Shown here piece after piece: positions 11,801 through 24,300 of a stretch of 64,000 nucleotides of DNA. Under the pieces are notes generated by a model that worked only from the letters and a program-made list of their open reading frames with translations, was not told the origin of the DNA and did not search any database. The DNA is taken from positions 33,500,842 through 33,564,841 of the forward strand of contig MU057350.1 in NCBI GenBank assembly GCA_013239625.1, written 5' to 3'. The DNA is from Lama guanicoe. Its lineage: Eukaryota. Numbering within the stretch: the first letter of the stretch is position 1; each line of letters begins with the position of its first letter. The translations under genes and the position numbers were made by a program.

Positions 11801-12255
11801 AAAAACTTTATCCATGGACATAGAATCTCTATTTTCTTTAATCACATTAAATAGGGCTCCTCACCTCAGCTGGGCAGGAAATTTAGTCTCAGTCAGTGCT
11901 TGACCTCACCAGCTGCCAGTGTGTCTGGAGGTTTAAGGAGCCATGGCCTCTGACCTTCAGGCCATTCTGGTTGCTATCACATCACCATTGTCTTCATTTG
12001 CTGTGGGTCCTGGAAGTCTGATGGCTTTGCTGGAAATTCTGTCAACGTTTAGCTGGTGGACATGCTTGTCCTTGTCTGATGTGGACTGCTGCAGAACAGG
12101 GCTGCCCACAACGGAGGTGCTCAACGGCCTTCAGGTCCAGCTCACACAACTGCTTCTCTTTCTCTCTTTTCTCTCTTTCTCTTCTCCAATTTCTCTCTTT
12201 GCTCCCAAAGCTCCACGCTTTGCATGCTTCCTGACCATAAACAGTTGGGCGGCCC

Positions 12256-13145
12256 TGTTACAGTAATCCTCAAAGTCATCCCTTAATAATCCCATATGGT
12301 GCTTATGTCCTTGTGTAGCTCCCTTTCACATTGCACCAGGCTTAGTCTGTGTGACTGATAGCACAGTGCCTAAGTCACGGCATGTCACTGTCAAGACTGG
12401 GTCCTAAAAGAGAGTCTAGTATCTGCCCTGTCTTTTTGTGTCATTCACTCTGAGGGAACTGTTGTAGTTAGATAAGTGGGGCACCAGGCGGATAGGTGGA
12501 GGAGAGTGAGGATGGTCTGGATGATGGTGATACGCTTGCTTTTAGAATAAAGGGCTTTACTTTCTCTAAACGAGTGCCAGCAAGAAACCAGTTAGAACCC
12601 AATAACCACAACTGTGCGGTAGTGACAGGGACCTAACCGGATATGACCCAGTGCTCATTGTAAGTAATATAATTAGCATTGCCATTTAGCAGCACCGCCA
12701 TGAGTTTCTGTGTGTGCATCATGGGTAAGGACATGAACAAAAGGGGATGAGCATGACTAAGCACTCTAGGGGCAAAAGTCATCGATCAATCGAGACCACC
12801 TCTAAGTGAGGGAGTAAGAGAAGGGGACCAAACACAGACCACTGCTGTCCACCCTTGAGTCAGCCCACCTCCTGTTCTTGGCCAATAAAACCTGTAAAAT
12901 CTTTCACTATACAATGCTTCCATCTCCTGTCAGAATTCTTCTTTCTGGTAAGACAAGAACTGGGGTCCTTTTATCTTCCCCTTTTGGGGTAACAGAACCA
13001 GCTCCCATGTTGTGCAGATACACCTAGCAACTCTGTGGAGAAACCCATATGAAAAGAAATTGACTCTTCCTGCCGACAGCCATGTGAGCACGCCATCCCA
13101 GAAGCAGATCGTCCAGCACCCACCAGCAGTCACGTGGCTGCAACC
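12256..13145 (+). mobile_element. MaLR LTR (MLT1F/G-like) interrupted by an ERV1-type LTR
   Basis: TCATTCACTCTGAGGGAAC and GAACCAGCTCCCATGTTGTG rejoin across the insert; GACAGCCATGTGAG motif. Confidence 0.7.
12460..12994 (+). mobile_element. ERV1-type solo LTR
   Basis: TGTTG...GGTAACA termini, perfect 4-bp TSD GAAC (12456-12459, 12995-12998), AATAAA 12884-12889. Confidence 0.85.
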
Positions 13146-13154
13146 AGTTCCTAA

Positions 13155-13580
13155 GTTAATCGGCTTTTACTGTCATAATCCCTCATAAACATCACAAACA
13201 TTTAGTGAGTTTCCGTAACAAACGTCTGTTTCTTGTGGCTGTGTGTCTGGTGCTGCATCTCTGCAGAGCAGGCTTAAGTCTACCCTGTGTTGTCCTCTCA
13301 CGACAGGGTCCAGGCTGGAGAAGTGACCTCTGTGCAGGAGGTGCTGTTCTCATGCGGGAGTCGGGAGCCCAGAGGGCTGGGGGAAACTTGCAATGCCTCT
13401 TAAAAATCCTACTCAGAAGCTTTATTGGCTAAAAGGTACGTGGCCAAAGTTACACCTGCATTCCTTCCTCTGGTTTAAGCATGTCATGTGACCAGGACGA
13501 ACGGGGAAGGGAATAGAGCACCTCCAAGGGGTTCAGGGCAGAGAACAAACATTTGCTGAACAACGGTCTGGTCTACCACC
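13155..13580 (-). mobile_element. Old MaLR LTR (MLT1K/L-like)
   Basis: GGTCCAGGCTGGAG...GCTGTTCTCATG...CATTTGCTGAACAA...CTACCAC pattern. Confidence 0.65.
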
Positions 13581-13589
13581 TCCCTGCCC

Positions 13590-14100
13590 AGGTTGTCTCT
13601 TACTGGGCAGCAAACCACTGCCCAGTGCGATGGCTTAGAAATACAGGACGTTGATATGCCCTGTGTCTGTGTGGCTGAATCAGGCTACTCTGTGAGGTCT
13701 CTCGTGATATTGTCTCAGATGGTGGCTGTGCCTAGGGTCTTGCAGGGTGCCTTCACTCACATGTCTGTGCCTGGGCAGGAACGGCTAGAACAGCTGCTGC
13801 TCTTTGGATATTTCTCTTCTCTGCGCAGTCGGTTCATGGGGCAGCTTGCGCTCCCTCACAGCGTGGTGGTCTGAAGCTAGTCAGACCCCTGCACGGTGGC
13901 TGGCGTCCTCCAGACAAGCCTTCCAACAGGGGGATAGTGAAAGCCTCTGGCCCCGTGAGGCCTGGGCCTCGGAAGCGGCAGGTTTCACAGGTCCTATATC
14001 CTGTAAGTCAAAGTGGCCGCATCACACCCACTGCCCAGATCCACAGGAAGGGACTGGTTCAGTGAGAGAAATATCAAGCGATTTATGGCCATCTTAACTT
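13590..14100 (-). mobile_element. Old MaLR LTR (MLT1H-like)
   Basis: CAAACCAC...GGCTTAGAAA...CTTCACTCACATGTCTG...ATTTATGGCCATCTT. Confidence 0.7.
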
Positions 14101-17100
14101 GTTTAACAGCATAATTATCACTAAATGGAGCTACAATAGCCTTTTTTTTTTTAGCAATACACTTTTCAGTCTTTTTTTTTTTTCACAATAGAATTTTCAG
14201 TTTGGCCATACCTTTGGGTATTTCCTTTGTGACTTGAGTCCTCAATAACCAAGAAATATGTATTTCATATATTTCCATATATTCCATAATGCATAGCAGG
14301 GAGTGTCTTATCAACAGTAGACCCTCAGAAAATGCACAGTGAATTCAGTTAATCTCCCTGATACAAAGAGAATGTGTCCCAGCAGAAGCAGAACTCAGAA
14401 TTAGTCGGGGACCCTGAGTTCTAGCCTGAGAACTGTCATGACTCTGCCGTCTTGGCGAAGACGTCTCACTGCCCTAGACCTCCTTTTCCTCATCTGTCAA
14501 GTGAGATGGTCCTGGCAACTCTTTTTAACAGGAAGGAAAATAAAAGAAGAAACTAAAATGGAATACGGAATTTGCATCTGTACAGTGAAATGCTGTTCAG
14601 CCAACACAGATGATGTTTTAAAATTATTTGATAGCATGCAAAATGCTTCTGATACAGGTGAAAAACTGCAGACAACAAAGCAGTGGATATTATGTGTTAA
14701 AAGCAATCATCTCTTGGTTGTGGAATTAGACTTAATTATTACTTTGAGGTGACTACCTTACCTCAAGAGTTATTTATTTAGAGTAGCACACACTCCCAAG
14801 TAATGAAGTAAGAGAAGATAAACCCCTAATGGGAGATACATTTTTCAGCCATACAGTACAACTCTATTCTGTTGTTGAAAACAGTGCTTTAACACTATTT
14901 GAAGATATGAGAATATGTTTGCAATCTATTTGGGGGTGATAAAAAGGCAGATTACAGAATAGAATACACTTTGATTAAAAGCAGTTGACTCTGATGGTAG
15001 GATAGCACTGATTTTCAATTTCTTGTATGTATTTCATTTATTTTCCACATCTTGTATAACTAAGCTTATTTTTTTCAGAAATTAATGCAAATTATTGTTA
15101 TAAAGAATGCAAAAGATGTAAAGAATGCAAAAGTCAGATGATGTTTGAAATATCTTGGTGCACATGTGGCCTGTCTACAAATTCTTTTTAGATATCAAAC
15201 ATGGGTAGCTTTAAAAATCACTATTTCATGTTATTATTCTTGATTCTGCCTTATTGTCATTAACTTTAACACTGTAGTACCTGGAGAAGGAAGTAACTGG
15301 AATGTTTCACATGATTCAAAATCTGGCCACTAGTGCAAAAGCAGCAGCCCGGATGCTAAGCTCCACCCCTCCCAGAGAAGGACAGAATGAACTGGAGAGA
15401 GCTCTGTTATATAAGGCAGCAAACTCCAGGTGTCCGCATGGGTTCCCAAACCTTCCGCACCAGCAGACCCTGCAGCCTGACAGATGAAGCTCAGAGCAAA
15501 ACACCCCAACCTAGAAGCCCCTTTGCATGGCATGCAAACCATCTGTCCCAACACAGCAGAGACCCCCCCCACCACAGCTGCATCTGCAAGTTCCAGAACC
15601 AGTGGTGGGAGTGCTAACCCTGTCTAGGTTTACAGGGCTTTTGTTGGTACATTCTGCGGATTCCCAGGACCCGGTGATCTGAGTTGTTGTCTAGTTTGTG
15701 GCTCTTGCAAATCTTGATGTGCCACTGCTCTGATCATCAGGGAGAAGTCACATGAGTGGGTCCCCCTGCAAGCTGGCACTGGCAGGGAGGCACAGCCAAC
15801 ACTTCTCTTTGAGGACAGTCCCCCAGGAGCCAGGAGGACCTGCTCTTCAGAGTTGGGGACCCAACAAAGAACACCATACCTAGCTTGAGTTGCAAATCTA
15901 TCGAGAGATAAGCAAGCATTAAGGTAGATGGGAAAACAAAACACTGCTTTTACTACAAGTAAAGGTCGCCTTGGGGGCTGTGGCTTATATCTGAACTTCA
16001 TAATTAGCTACACCCACCCACCAATCACAGGTGATTCTGGGCCCACAGGGCAGAAGCAGCTACAGCCTGGAAGGGCACTGAGAAAGGAGTTTTCCCTGCA
16101 GGAACTCAAGAGGGAGAGGAGAGGAAGGGGCAGAGACCCCGGGATACCCCAGGGAGGACCAAACTCTAACTGCTTGGTTTCCTCAGGGGAAGTCACCCAG
16201 GCACTGAGCGGGCTGCTGCTGACGACGGGAGACCAAGGGCTGTGGCGGGGAGGACGCAACTTGCTCCTTCTTCTAAACTCTAAACTTCTAAACTCAATGG
16301 TGGAATTAGGTTGTTTCTCCTCCCCAGGAGAGACAGGGTCCCAGGGTGCAGGGATGGATCAGAGCATCAGCCTCACAGTACTTCCTGCCTATGGACCAGA
16401 ACTTCTCATTTGGGAGGAAGGGCTCTCATGCTCCAGCGTTAAGGATGGTTCAAGTATTTTCTCAGATGAAAATACATAGGACTGGGAGTCATGAAGACAC
16501 AGTTCTAACACATATCTGGACCTCCGCTTCCCCATCTGAGGTTTCTTCCCACATGTATGGTGTTTCTCTTGGACAGAACACTTAATTAAACAGAACTGGG
16601 GCAAAAAGATGGATTTCGTCCAGCCCCTCACCTTGAGGCACTGGAGAGGAAATGGCCTTGTAAATATTGTGGTTTCTAAATTCTTTCTAACCTCCGCAAT
16701 TCTGAGTTGGATACGGCAGCTATCATAACATGGCTCAGCAGCAAGGAAATGATGGAGTTGACCCTAAAACTTCTTTCTGAAGAGGCAGATTTTGAACCTG
16801 TGCTAGAAGCTTCAGCCTTAGATACAGAACTCTGAAATGTTTCCTCTTGAAGCTGGAACCAGTGTCAAGGGCGTGGAGAGACTGGAGCTGTTCACAAAAC
16901 TGAAAACCTAGACAAAGAGAAGAGGTGCGGGGGTTGGCGGGGAGAGAGACTAGGGAGCAGGAGCAGAAACTATTGTTTCTGAGAAGCTCATTGTTCCTGA
17001 CCCAGGGACACTTCAGCACGGCAGTTGCCAACGAAATTGATGTATGATTCATGAGACCAGTTTTAAGACTACCTTGTATAAAATCCTTTAAGGGCCTCCC

Positions 17101-17159
17101 TCTGATCTCGAAGCCTAGAATAAGGTGGCTTGTGAGATGTGTACGGTCTGACTTCACTC

Positions 17160-17560
17160 CCTCTCAAAGTTTCTCCCCTTGAAATCCCGGATCCAACTGA
17201 ACCAAGTTTATTTCCCTTCCCTGGACAAGTAATGTGTTGTCTTTCTTCTGTATGTGACAAAACTTGCCTCCATCTGGAGCCCTTACCATCCTCCCCTGCC
17301 CCCGACACTTCTTTACAGTTGATTTCTTCCATTCATGCTTCATAAGGCAGCTTTGATGTCACTCCTGCTGGGAAGCCTCTCCGCAAAGATCTGAACCTGG
17401 TGCCCCCTCTCGTCTCCTTCACCTCACCCAGGTCCTCACACGGCCCCTCCCTCCCCTCAGCTCTGTTTCCTTCCCAAGCTTGTAAGCCCTGTGTGAGAAT
17501 GGGGCCACATCTGCCCTATCCACCACCACACCTCAGAGCCTGAACAAAGGAATGAATAGG
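17160..17560 (+). mobile_element. L2 LINE 3' fragment
   Basis: GATGTCACTCCTGCTGGGAAGCC...TGTAAGCCCTGTGTGAG...GAATGAAT. Confidence 0.65.
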
Positions 17561-17777
17561 CATATGTTTCATGTTTTATGTCTGCATTGTAGGCATTTTA
17601 CTCAACCCTTAATATGAGGTTGGAATTGAGGGGAACAGAAAGAAGTATTATTCCCATTTCACAAGTGAAGAAACTGAGAATAAGAGAGTTATGGTGGCAG
17701 GTGTGAGTTCACAGCTCCTCCAGAGATGGGGCAAGAATTACATAATATGATCTCCTGTGATATCTGGCTGTTTATGG

Positions 17778-18129
17778 NNNNNNNNNNNNNNNNNNNNNNN
17801 NNNNNNNNNNNNNNNNNNNNNNNNNNNNNNNNNNNNNNNNNNNNNNNNNNNNNNNNNNNNNNNNNNNNNNNNNNNNNNNNNNNNNNNNNNNNNNNNNNNN
17901 NNNNNNNNNNNNNNNNNAGAATTACATAATATGATCTCCTGTGATATCTGGCTGTTTATGGNNNNNNNNNNNNNNNNNNNNNNNNNNNNNNNNNNNNNNN
18001 NNNNNNNNNNNNNNNNNNNNNNNNNNNNNNNNNNNNNNNNNNNNNNNNNNNNNNNNNNNNNNNNNNNNNNNNNNNNNNNNNNNNNNNNNNNNNNNNNNNN
18101 NNNNNNNNNNNNNNNNNNNNNNNNNNNNN
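17778..18129. other. Two assembly gaps (17778-17917, 17962-18129) separated by a 44-bp copy of 17734-17777
   Basis: N runs; identical 44-mer. Confidence 0.97.
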
Positions 18130-18590
18130 TCATGTTCACCTTACCTGGTGTGAAAACACAAAGTCACTTAGATTCTAACTCCCTTTGCAATAATTGACTT
18201 TAAATATAATTAGTTCATTTAAACATAAAACCAATTACAAATGTGTGTATTTACATATATAATTATTTATAAAATATGCATATAATTTTGAGCTTTTCCA
18301 ATGGATAACGTACTGTAGCTCCTTGCTACCCTTCTATCCTGCTGAGATAGGGAAGGAGGAATAAATCATGTTCATGTTCACCTTACCTGGTGTGAAAACA
18401 CAAAGTCACTTAGATTCTAACTCCCTTTGCAATAATTGACTTTAAATATAATTAGCTCATTTAAACATAAAACCAATTACAAATGTGTGTATTTACATAT
18501 ATAATTATTTATAAAATATGCATATAATTTTGAGCTTTTCCAATGGATAACGTACTGTAGCTCCTTGCTACCCTTCTATCCTGCTGAGAT
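18130..18590 (+). repeat. 219-bp direct duplication (18130-18348 / 18372-18590)
   Basis: Copies identical except one T/C substitution. Confidence 0.95.
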
Positions 18591-18741
18591 TTCTCACCAG
18601 TGCTCTGCACAGAGTGACACACTTGCCAGATTAACTTTTAAGTGCTTCCTACAAATTTTTTAATGTGTTGTTTATTTGGAAGAGACTTAAATCATTTTAA
18701 AATTAGCAACTTCCTATCACTTGATAATGTATAAGTAGTGC

Positions 18742-19221
18742 CTAAAGCTATATTTTATGTGTTAGTCTAAGTTCCATTGCCCTCAGTTGCTAAGAAGTAT
18801 TGATAGAGTACACACATTATTTGAGAGTTTGCATGTGCCAAGTACTATGCCAGATTCTCGACATACAATTTCATCTAGACTTTACAAACAGCCTCTCTTT
18901 TGAGGATTATTATCATTTTTTTTTACAGAAGAGGAAGTTGAGACTATAAGGTCTTAAACTTGTCCCAGATTTATAGAATCTAAAGCTATATTTTAAAATA
19001 ATGTGTTAGTCTAAGTTCCATTGCCCTCAGTTGCTAAGAAGTATTGATAGAGTACACACATTATTTGAGAGTTTGCATGTGCCAAGTACTATGCCAGATT
19101 CTCGACATACAATTTCATCTAGACTTTACAAACAGCCTCTCTTTTGAGGATTATTATCATTTTTTTTTACAGAAGAGGAAGTTGAGACTATAAGGTCTTA
19201 AACTTGTCCCAGATTTATAGA
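18742..19221 (+). repeat. ~236-bp direct duplication (18742-18977 / 18980-19221), includes part of a MIR
   Basis: Copies identical except a 6-bp AAAATA indel. Confidence 0.95.
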
Positions 19222-21999
19222 CAATATTTGACAGAATGGAAATTCAGTTCCAAATCGCCTGACTCCCAAGCCCAGGTTCTTTACATTTCCTTTCTAGAAT
19301 TGAGCATGCAAACTCAGTTGCACTTCTTTCATGACCCAGAACTTCTTCAGCATTTATACTCCCCAGTAGGAAGGATACTAGGGAAAGAAAATCGTTCAGA
19401 GACTATCAAAAATTGGGTTCAGTTTTCAGATTTGACTATCCCAACCAGGCGACCTTGAGAGAGTTAAGGACTCTTGACGGGCAATGAGGCTATTAGATGA
19501 GAACTGTTACTAAATCAATATTGGTTTGGGTGGCCACTTGTGCTCTAAGCCATGCAACCATAGATAACTCACTTCACTTCTCCAGGTTTGCATGGCCACA
19601 GGTACTCAAACGGGAGCATAGAGCCTAGTGATCTTTAACCTGTCTTGCTGCTACAAATTCCATCAGTTTTTGCCCATAACATTCTGCCTCCTCCTCCTGC
19701 TCCTTCCTCTTGCTCCTCCTCTTCCCCTCCTTAATAATATCACTACCTTGCTTCTTACCACTGAGTCTAAGTTTTGACTCTCCTTCATATACCTCTTCCA
19801 TACGTCTTCCAACCCACCAGTTAATGAAGCATTTAGTCTATTTCCATCCTATAAAATAAACACAAGCCTCTACTAAACCTGTTTGCGCATTCTCAACCTG
19901 TTGTGCAACGCCACACTTCTGAAAAATGTACTCATCTGACACTCCTGTTTGTTTCTGAACACAGACGCATATGGATGTGTCTTTCTTAGGCAGCAGGAGG
20001 TGTTGTTCATGGCCGACATTTTTTGCATCTGTCACCATGATGGCTTGTAAGAAACAGATGGGCTGATGGAGAGTATAGAATTGAATGCTTTGTTTTTACT
20101 TTTTCAGTTAAAGGGGGAACACATCGTTTAGGCCATCCTATTGAGCTATAGATATTTTTCTGGTTGGCTTTCTGGTAGTAATGAGTATTGATGTTAGAGA
20201 AAAGAAGGGAGACAGAAATGACCAAAAGGAGGCTGACAGCCAACCGTGGATATTCCCACCAAGTACTTGTGCCCTAGAAGTACTGTGTAAGTTTTCGTGT
20301 CTTTCTGAACATTTTAAGTTTGGAAACTGCTTTTCCCCAGGTGATCAAACTCAGGAAGATTGATATTTTCTAACCAAACACGCAGGACATTGGTAAAAGA
20401 AAAAGGCTATTTCGTTTACATATTTATTGCTTTGGATGCCGGTAGGTGGTGTATATACAATGACTAATAAGATGCAGTTTTCAAATTTAGGAAGTTTATA
20501 GGCTCACAGGGGGCACAGAAAAGTGAATAAAAGTATGTGATGCAATGTAATGCACGTGCAAATGTCTAGAAACAAGCTAGAAATTGCTGTGAGAAATTCA
20601 TTATTGCTAGACATTGGGGCACAAATTTAAAGAACAAAATAATGCTGGAGAAGTAGAAAATTCCGAAAACTTTTCTAAAACATAGCCAAGATTTTCAATA
20701 GGTCAACACAGACAGATACTCATTTTGGAAAGATTTTTCTAGTTACAACCTGGAAACCAGTGGGGATGGACACAAGGGAAAGAGAGAGCAGTCCAGGTGT
20801 TATGAAAGCATCCCAGGTGAGCAATGATCCCAGCAGCCAGGATATGGGAATAGGAACAGGGAAGTACAATGTAAAGTTTATGAGTTGATTGAGCATTTCC
20901 ATATCTATATACATTCAGAGTGAGAAAAGTATCAGAGATTATCCCAGTTTGGGGCTGGAATACATGAGGAAATTTTGTGTGCAAATTCAGTAAAATAAAG
21001 AATACAAAAGAGGAGGTGTACTCTGAAGATTTCCCTTTCAAGTTACTGGTATTCCCACATTTATTAAGCAGTCATGTATTCCTGCAACCATAGTTATAAT
21101 GGATGACAATAGCACATCCATACCTGTCATTATGTTTTGAGACCCCATTGCCTTTGGGGAAACAGCAGGGAGAAAATGTCCTTGCCCTTGTAGAGCTTGT
21201 GCTCTGACGTTGAAGGCATATTAAAAAAAATAAAATAAAGCCAAATGTGGGACTTGAAAGTTTTAAGTGCTGTGAAGACAAATTAAGCATCACAAGAGAG
21301 AAGAGTGATGTGTTTCAATCGCCCTGGGGGTACATTTGACAGAGCAACCTCTAAGGGGCTGACATGGAGCAAAGCGCTGCCCTTCTTGAAATCAATGCCC
21401 CCAGCGATGCTGGGTTAGTGAGCAGCGTGGGAGCAGATGTAAGGGGGAATAAGGATGTGTTCTCATCATGCAGAACCTCAATAAGCCATCCTTGCCTCAT
21501 CCTTGGAATCCTTCTCTGATGATCGAAATTTCACCTCTCTTAGAGCCAGAACTTTTCTTTTGTTGGCTATTCTGAAAAAGGGCTTATTCATAGAAAACGC
21601 TTTGGCCAAGTTTCCCTGAGGATCATCCCTCACACCTCCCAAATACTAGACAGTAACAGCCACATGGATTAAGAGCTTACTGTATGGCAAGCCTTGGGTG
21701 ACCCTTCAGGTTTGATAGCTCTTCACTTCATCCCACTATCGGGGGGGACCAATTTGAGGCAAGCTACTTAAGCTCTCCAAGTTGCAAGTTTTTTGGTGTG
21801 TGATGCAAGAATTATGATGGCAAATAAATTAGTAAATGAGCAAGCTAGGAACTGAAGTTAGAAATCTCTGATTTTTAACACATGTGCTGTTTGATGTATG
21901 AGAGTCAATATAGCGGGCTGGAGTGTACAAATAATTCAATTTCATTTCTTTTAGAAATTTTTCACTTCTTCATGAAATCAGCACTTTCCCCTCGTGGAT

Positions 22000-22240
22000 G
22001 CCAGGTGAACACCACATGAACATTGAGATTCAGCTCTGACGTCACTTCCTCTGCAAGTCTTGTCTGATTGCTACAGAAAAACAGTCTGTCATCTACAACC
22101 TCAAGCACCTTGCACATCTGTACAAAAGTAGCCATCTGGGAAGGCAGTAGACAGGATCTTCTCTATCTCTGTGCCCCCAGTTTCTGTTAGGTGGCTGACA
22201 ATGATGGGCTCAGAGAGTTGGCTCAATTGATGAGTGAATA
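22000..22240 (+). mobile_element. L2 LINE 3' fragment
   Basis: CAGCTCTGACGTCACTTCCTCTG...GCTCAATTGATGAGTGAAT. Confidence 0.65.
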
Positions 22241-22983
22241 AGTTATATCTAAGTTGTGCTTTCCTAAGATTTCTCCCAACCCTTTCTATGAACTTGCCCA
22301 TTTCTCTCCTTTTGTCAGTTAAGTCTTTGGAGGATGACCACAGTTGGTTAACCAAAGAACACCTGTGTAGTGCTCTCTGGAATCTTGCTGTCGCTCCAAT
22401 CTAAAACGTTTAGAAACTAAAATTAATGTGTCTATCTGTGTGCCAGAGATCCTCACAGTGAGTTTTATTCTTTCTTCTTTTATTTTTCCTTCTTTGAGTA
22501 CTTATGTTTGAGGCTCTGTCTATCCCTTTATGTTAAAAAATATACCAGCCTTCATCCTATGTTGTTTCTCTGGTCGAAAAAAAAGGTATTTGAAGATCAA
22601 GCCTCACTCTCTGCTCCGAAGAACAAACACAGCGACTTTTTGTGTTGTTGTTGGCTTCGGAGTGTGGGCCTCTCTTTCATGTCCTGGTAAATCTCCAGTT
22701 TTATTTCCTCTCTTCAGTGGGTGAAGTGAGAGATTCTTATAGAGGGTCCCCATGAGGATCTGGAGGAGGCCAACCTTCACAAAGAGATTCAGAGCTCTGT
22801 GTGTTTAAAAAAAGAAGCAGAGGAAGACAAGTTCACATTTTTTCCAGTCCTGGTTTGTGTCCTAGACATTACGTTATATTAAACATTATGTGATGAATCC
22901 ACTTCAGAATTTTACAAGGTTTGAGGCTGAGCAGGTTTGGGTAAGAAGTCACACAGAGGGCAGGGTGTGTGGAGTGGGGTTTG

Positions 22984-23487
22984 TACTGGGTAACTCTTAG
23001 GCATCACTTTTGATCCATTCTTATTGCTGGCGCTGCCTCAGTTCTGCACCTAGACAGACTAGCTTCAAGGTGGCACAGACCCATGGTATCTCCATCATGC
23101 CCTTGACCAGCACATTTCCCCTTCATCCCAGACCTCTCTGTGGTCTTGGGGCATCCTGCCTGTGCAACCTGGACGTGAAGCTGTGGCTAACCTTTGATCA
23201 AGAGTCACAGAACCAGTGCATAAATAGGATTTCCTTCTCTTTCCCCAGGTGGAGAGTCCCAAGGTTCATTTCATGTGGCCTCTTGGACTGTAGCACAGGA
23301 CTGTGCAACTAGTCATCGTGGCAGTGGCCAACTCCATGAATATCCTTGCACTGGCTCTCCCTCCTTCCTTCCCTGCTTCTCTCTCCTACTTTTCTTGCCT
23401 GTCCCCTGGGACCTCATGTCCCAGTAAAGCTCTCACACTTAAACTTGTGTCTAATGCTCAGCTTTCAGGATAACTCAGGCTGCATCA
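22984..23487 (+). mobile_element. ERVL LTR (LTR16-like) nested in a MIR
   Basis: TG...CA ends; CCCAGTAAAGCTCTCACAC...GCTCAGCTTTCAGGATAACTCAGGC 3' end. Confidence 0.65.
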
Positions 23488-23529
23488 GAATTCCAATTCA
23501 AGCTCACAATCCATGTCCTTTCCAATATT

Positions 23530-23645
23530 CTAGTGGTTCCCAAGCTTGGCTCCTTTTCAGATCCCTGGAGACATTTAAATCATACAGCTTCTTGGAACGT
23601 CCCTCCAGACCTAGTGATTTGCATATTCAGAGGAGTGCTAAAAAT
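23530..23645. mobile_element. MER5-like hAT-Charlie fragment
   Basis: AGTGGTTCCCAAGCTTGGC...CCCTGGAGACATTTAAA...CCCTCCAGACC. Confidence 0.6.
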
Positions 23646-24109
23646 ATACACTTTCCTTTTTTTTTTCTGTTTCATGTTTTGTTTAATTTCCCCATAAACT
23701 CCAGAGACAATTCTTATAAAGAGCCAAGGCTCCTCACTCAGGAGCTGACTGGGCTCCACAGGTCAAAGGCAAGGTGACTTACCCTTTGCTATGTTCCTAA
23801 TCCTAGCACGCTCTGGGATCGTAGCAGACACAGACACACACACAAGTATTTGTTGACTTGAATTAACTTAAATGATGTCTTTATAGAAGAATCTGAACTT
23901 TCCCTTTTATTAGAGAACAGCTTACTTAGAAAAGTCAGACACTCCACCCTCCAAAACCTTGGTCCCCAGACCTGAAGCACTTTCTAGGATGCTAATTATT
24001 AATCAAGGCTTTATTCTCCCCTCAAAACTAGGGGGTCCATGAGAAGAGACCCAAGAGTGGGGAGGATAAGACAACATGTATTAGATGCCTTTTAGTAGCT
24101 TAAAACTGT

Positions 24110-24300
24110 CATGGTGTATCTCACAGAGCATGAGCCCGGGAATTAAAAACTTACTTTGGATTTCCAGCCTATCACGTAGCAAACTTCTCTGACTTTTAGT
24201 TTTCTTCTCTATCAAATGAGGATTGAAGTATCTCATCAAGTTATTATAAGAATGACATAAAGTAGCATGCTCAAAAGTCCTTTGTGAACCATAAACCGAT
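24110..24300 (+). mobile_element. MIR SINE
   Basis: TTAGTTTTCTTCTCTATCAAATGAGGATT core. Confidence 0.75.

Noticed and set aside
15400-15420. TATA/CArG-like TTATATAAGG
   Set aside because: Not a full CC(A/T)6GG and no downstream exon or CpG support
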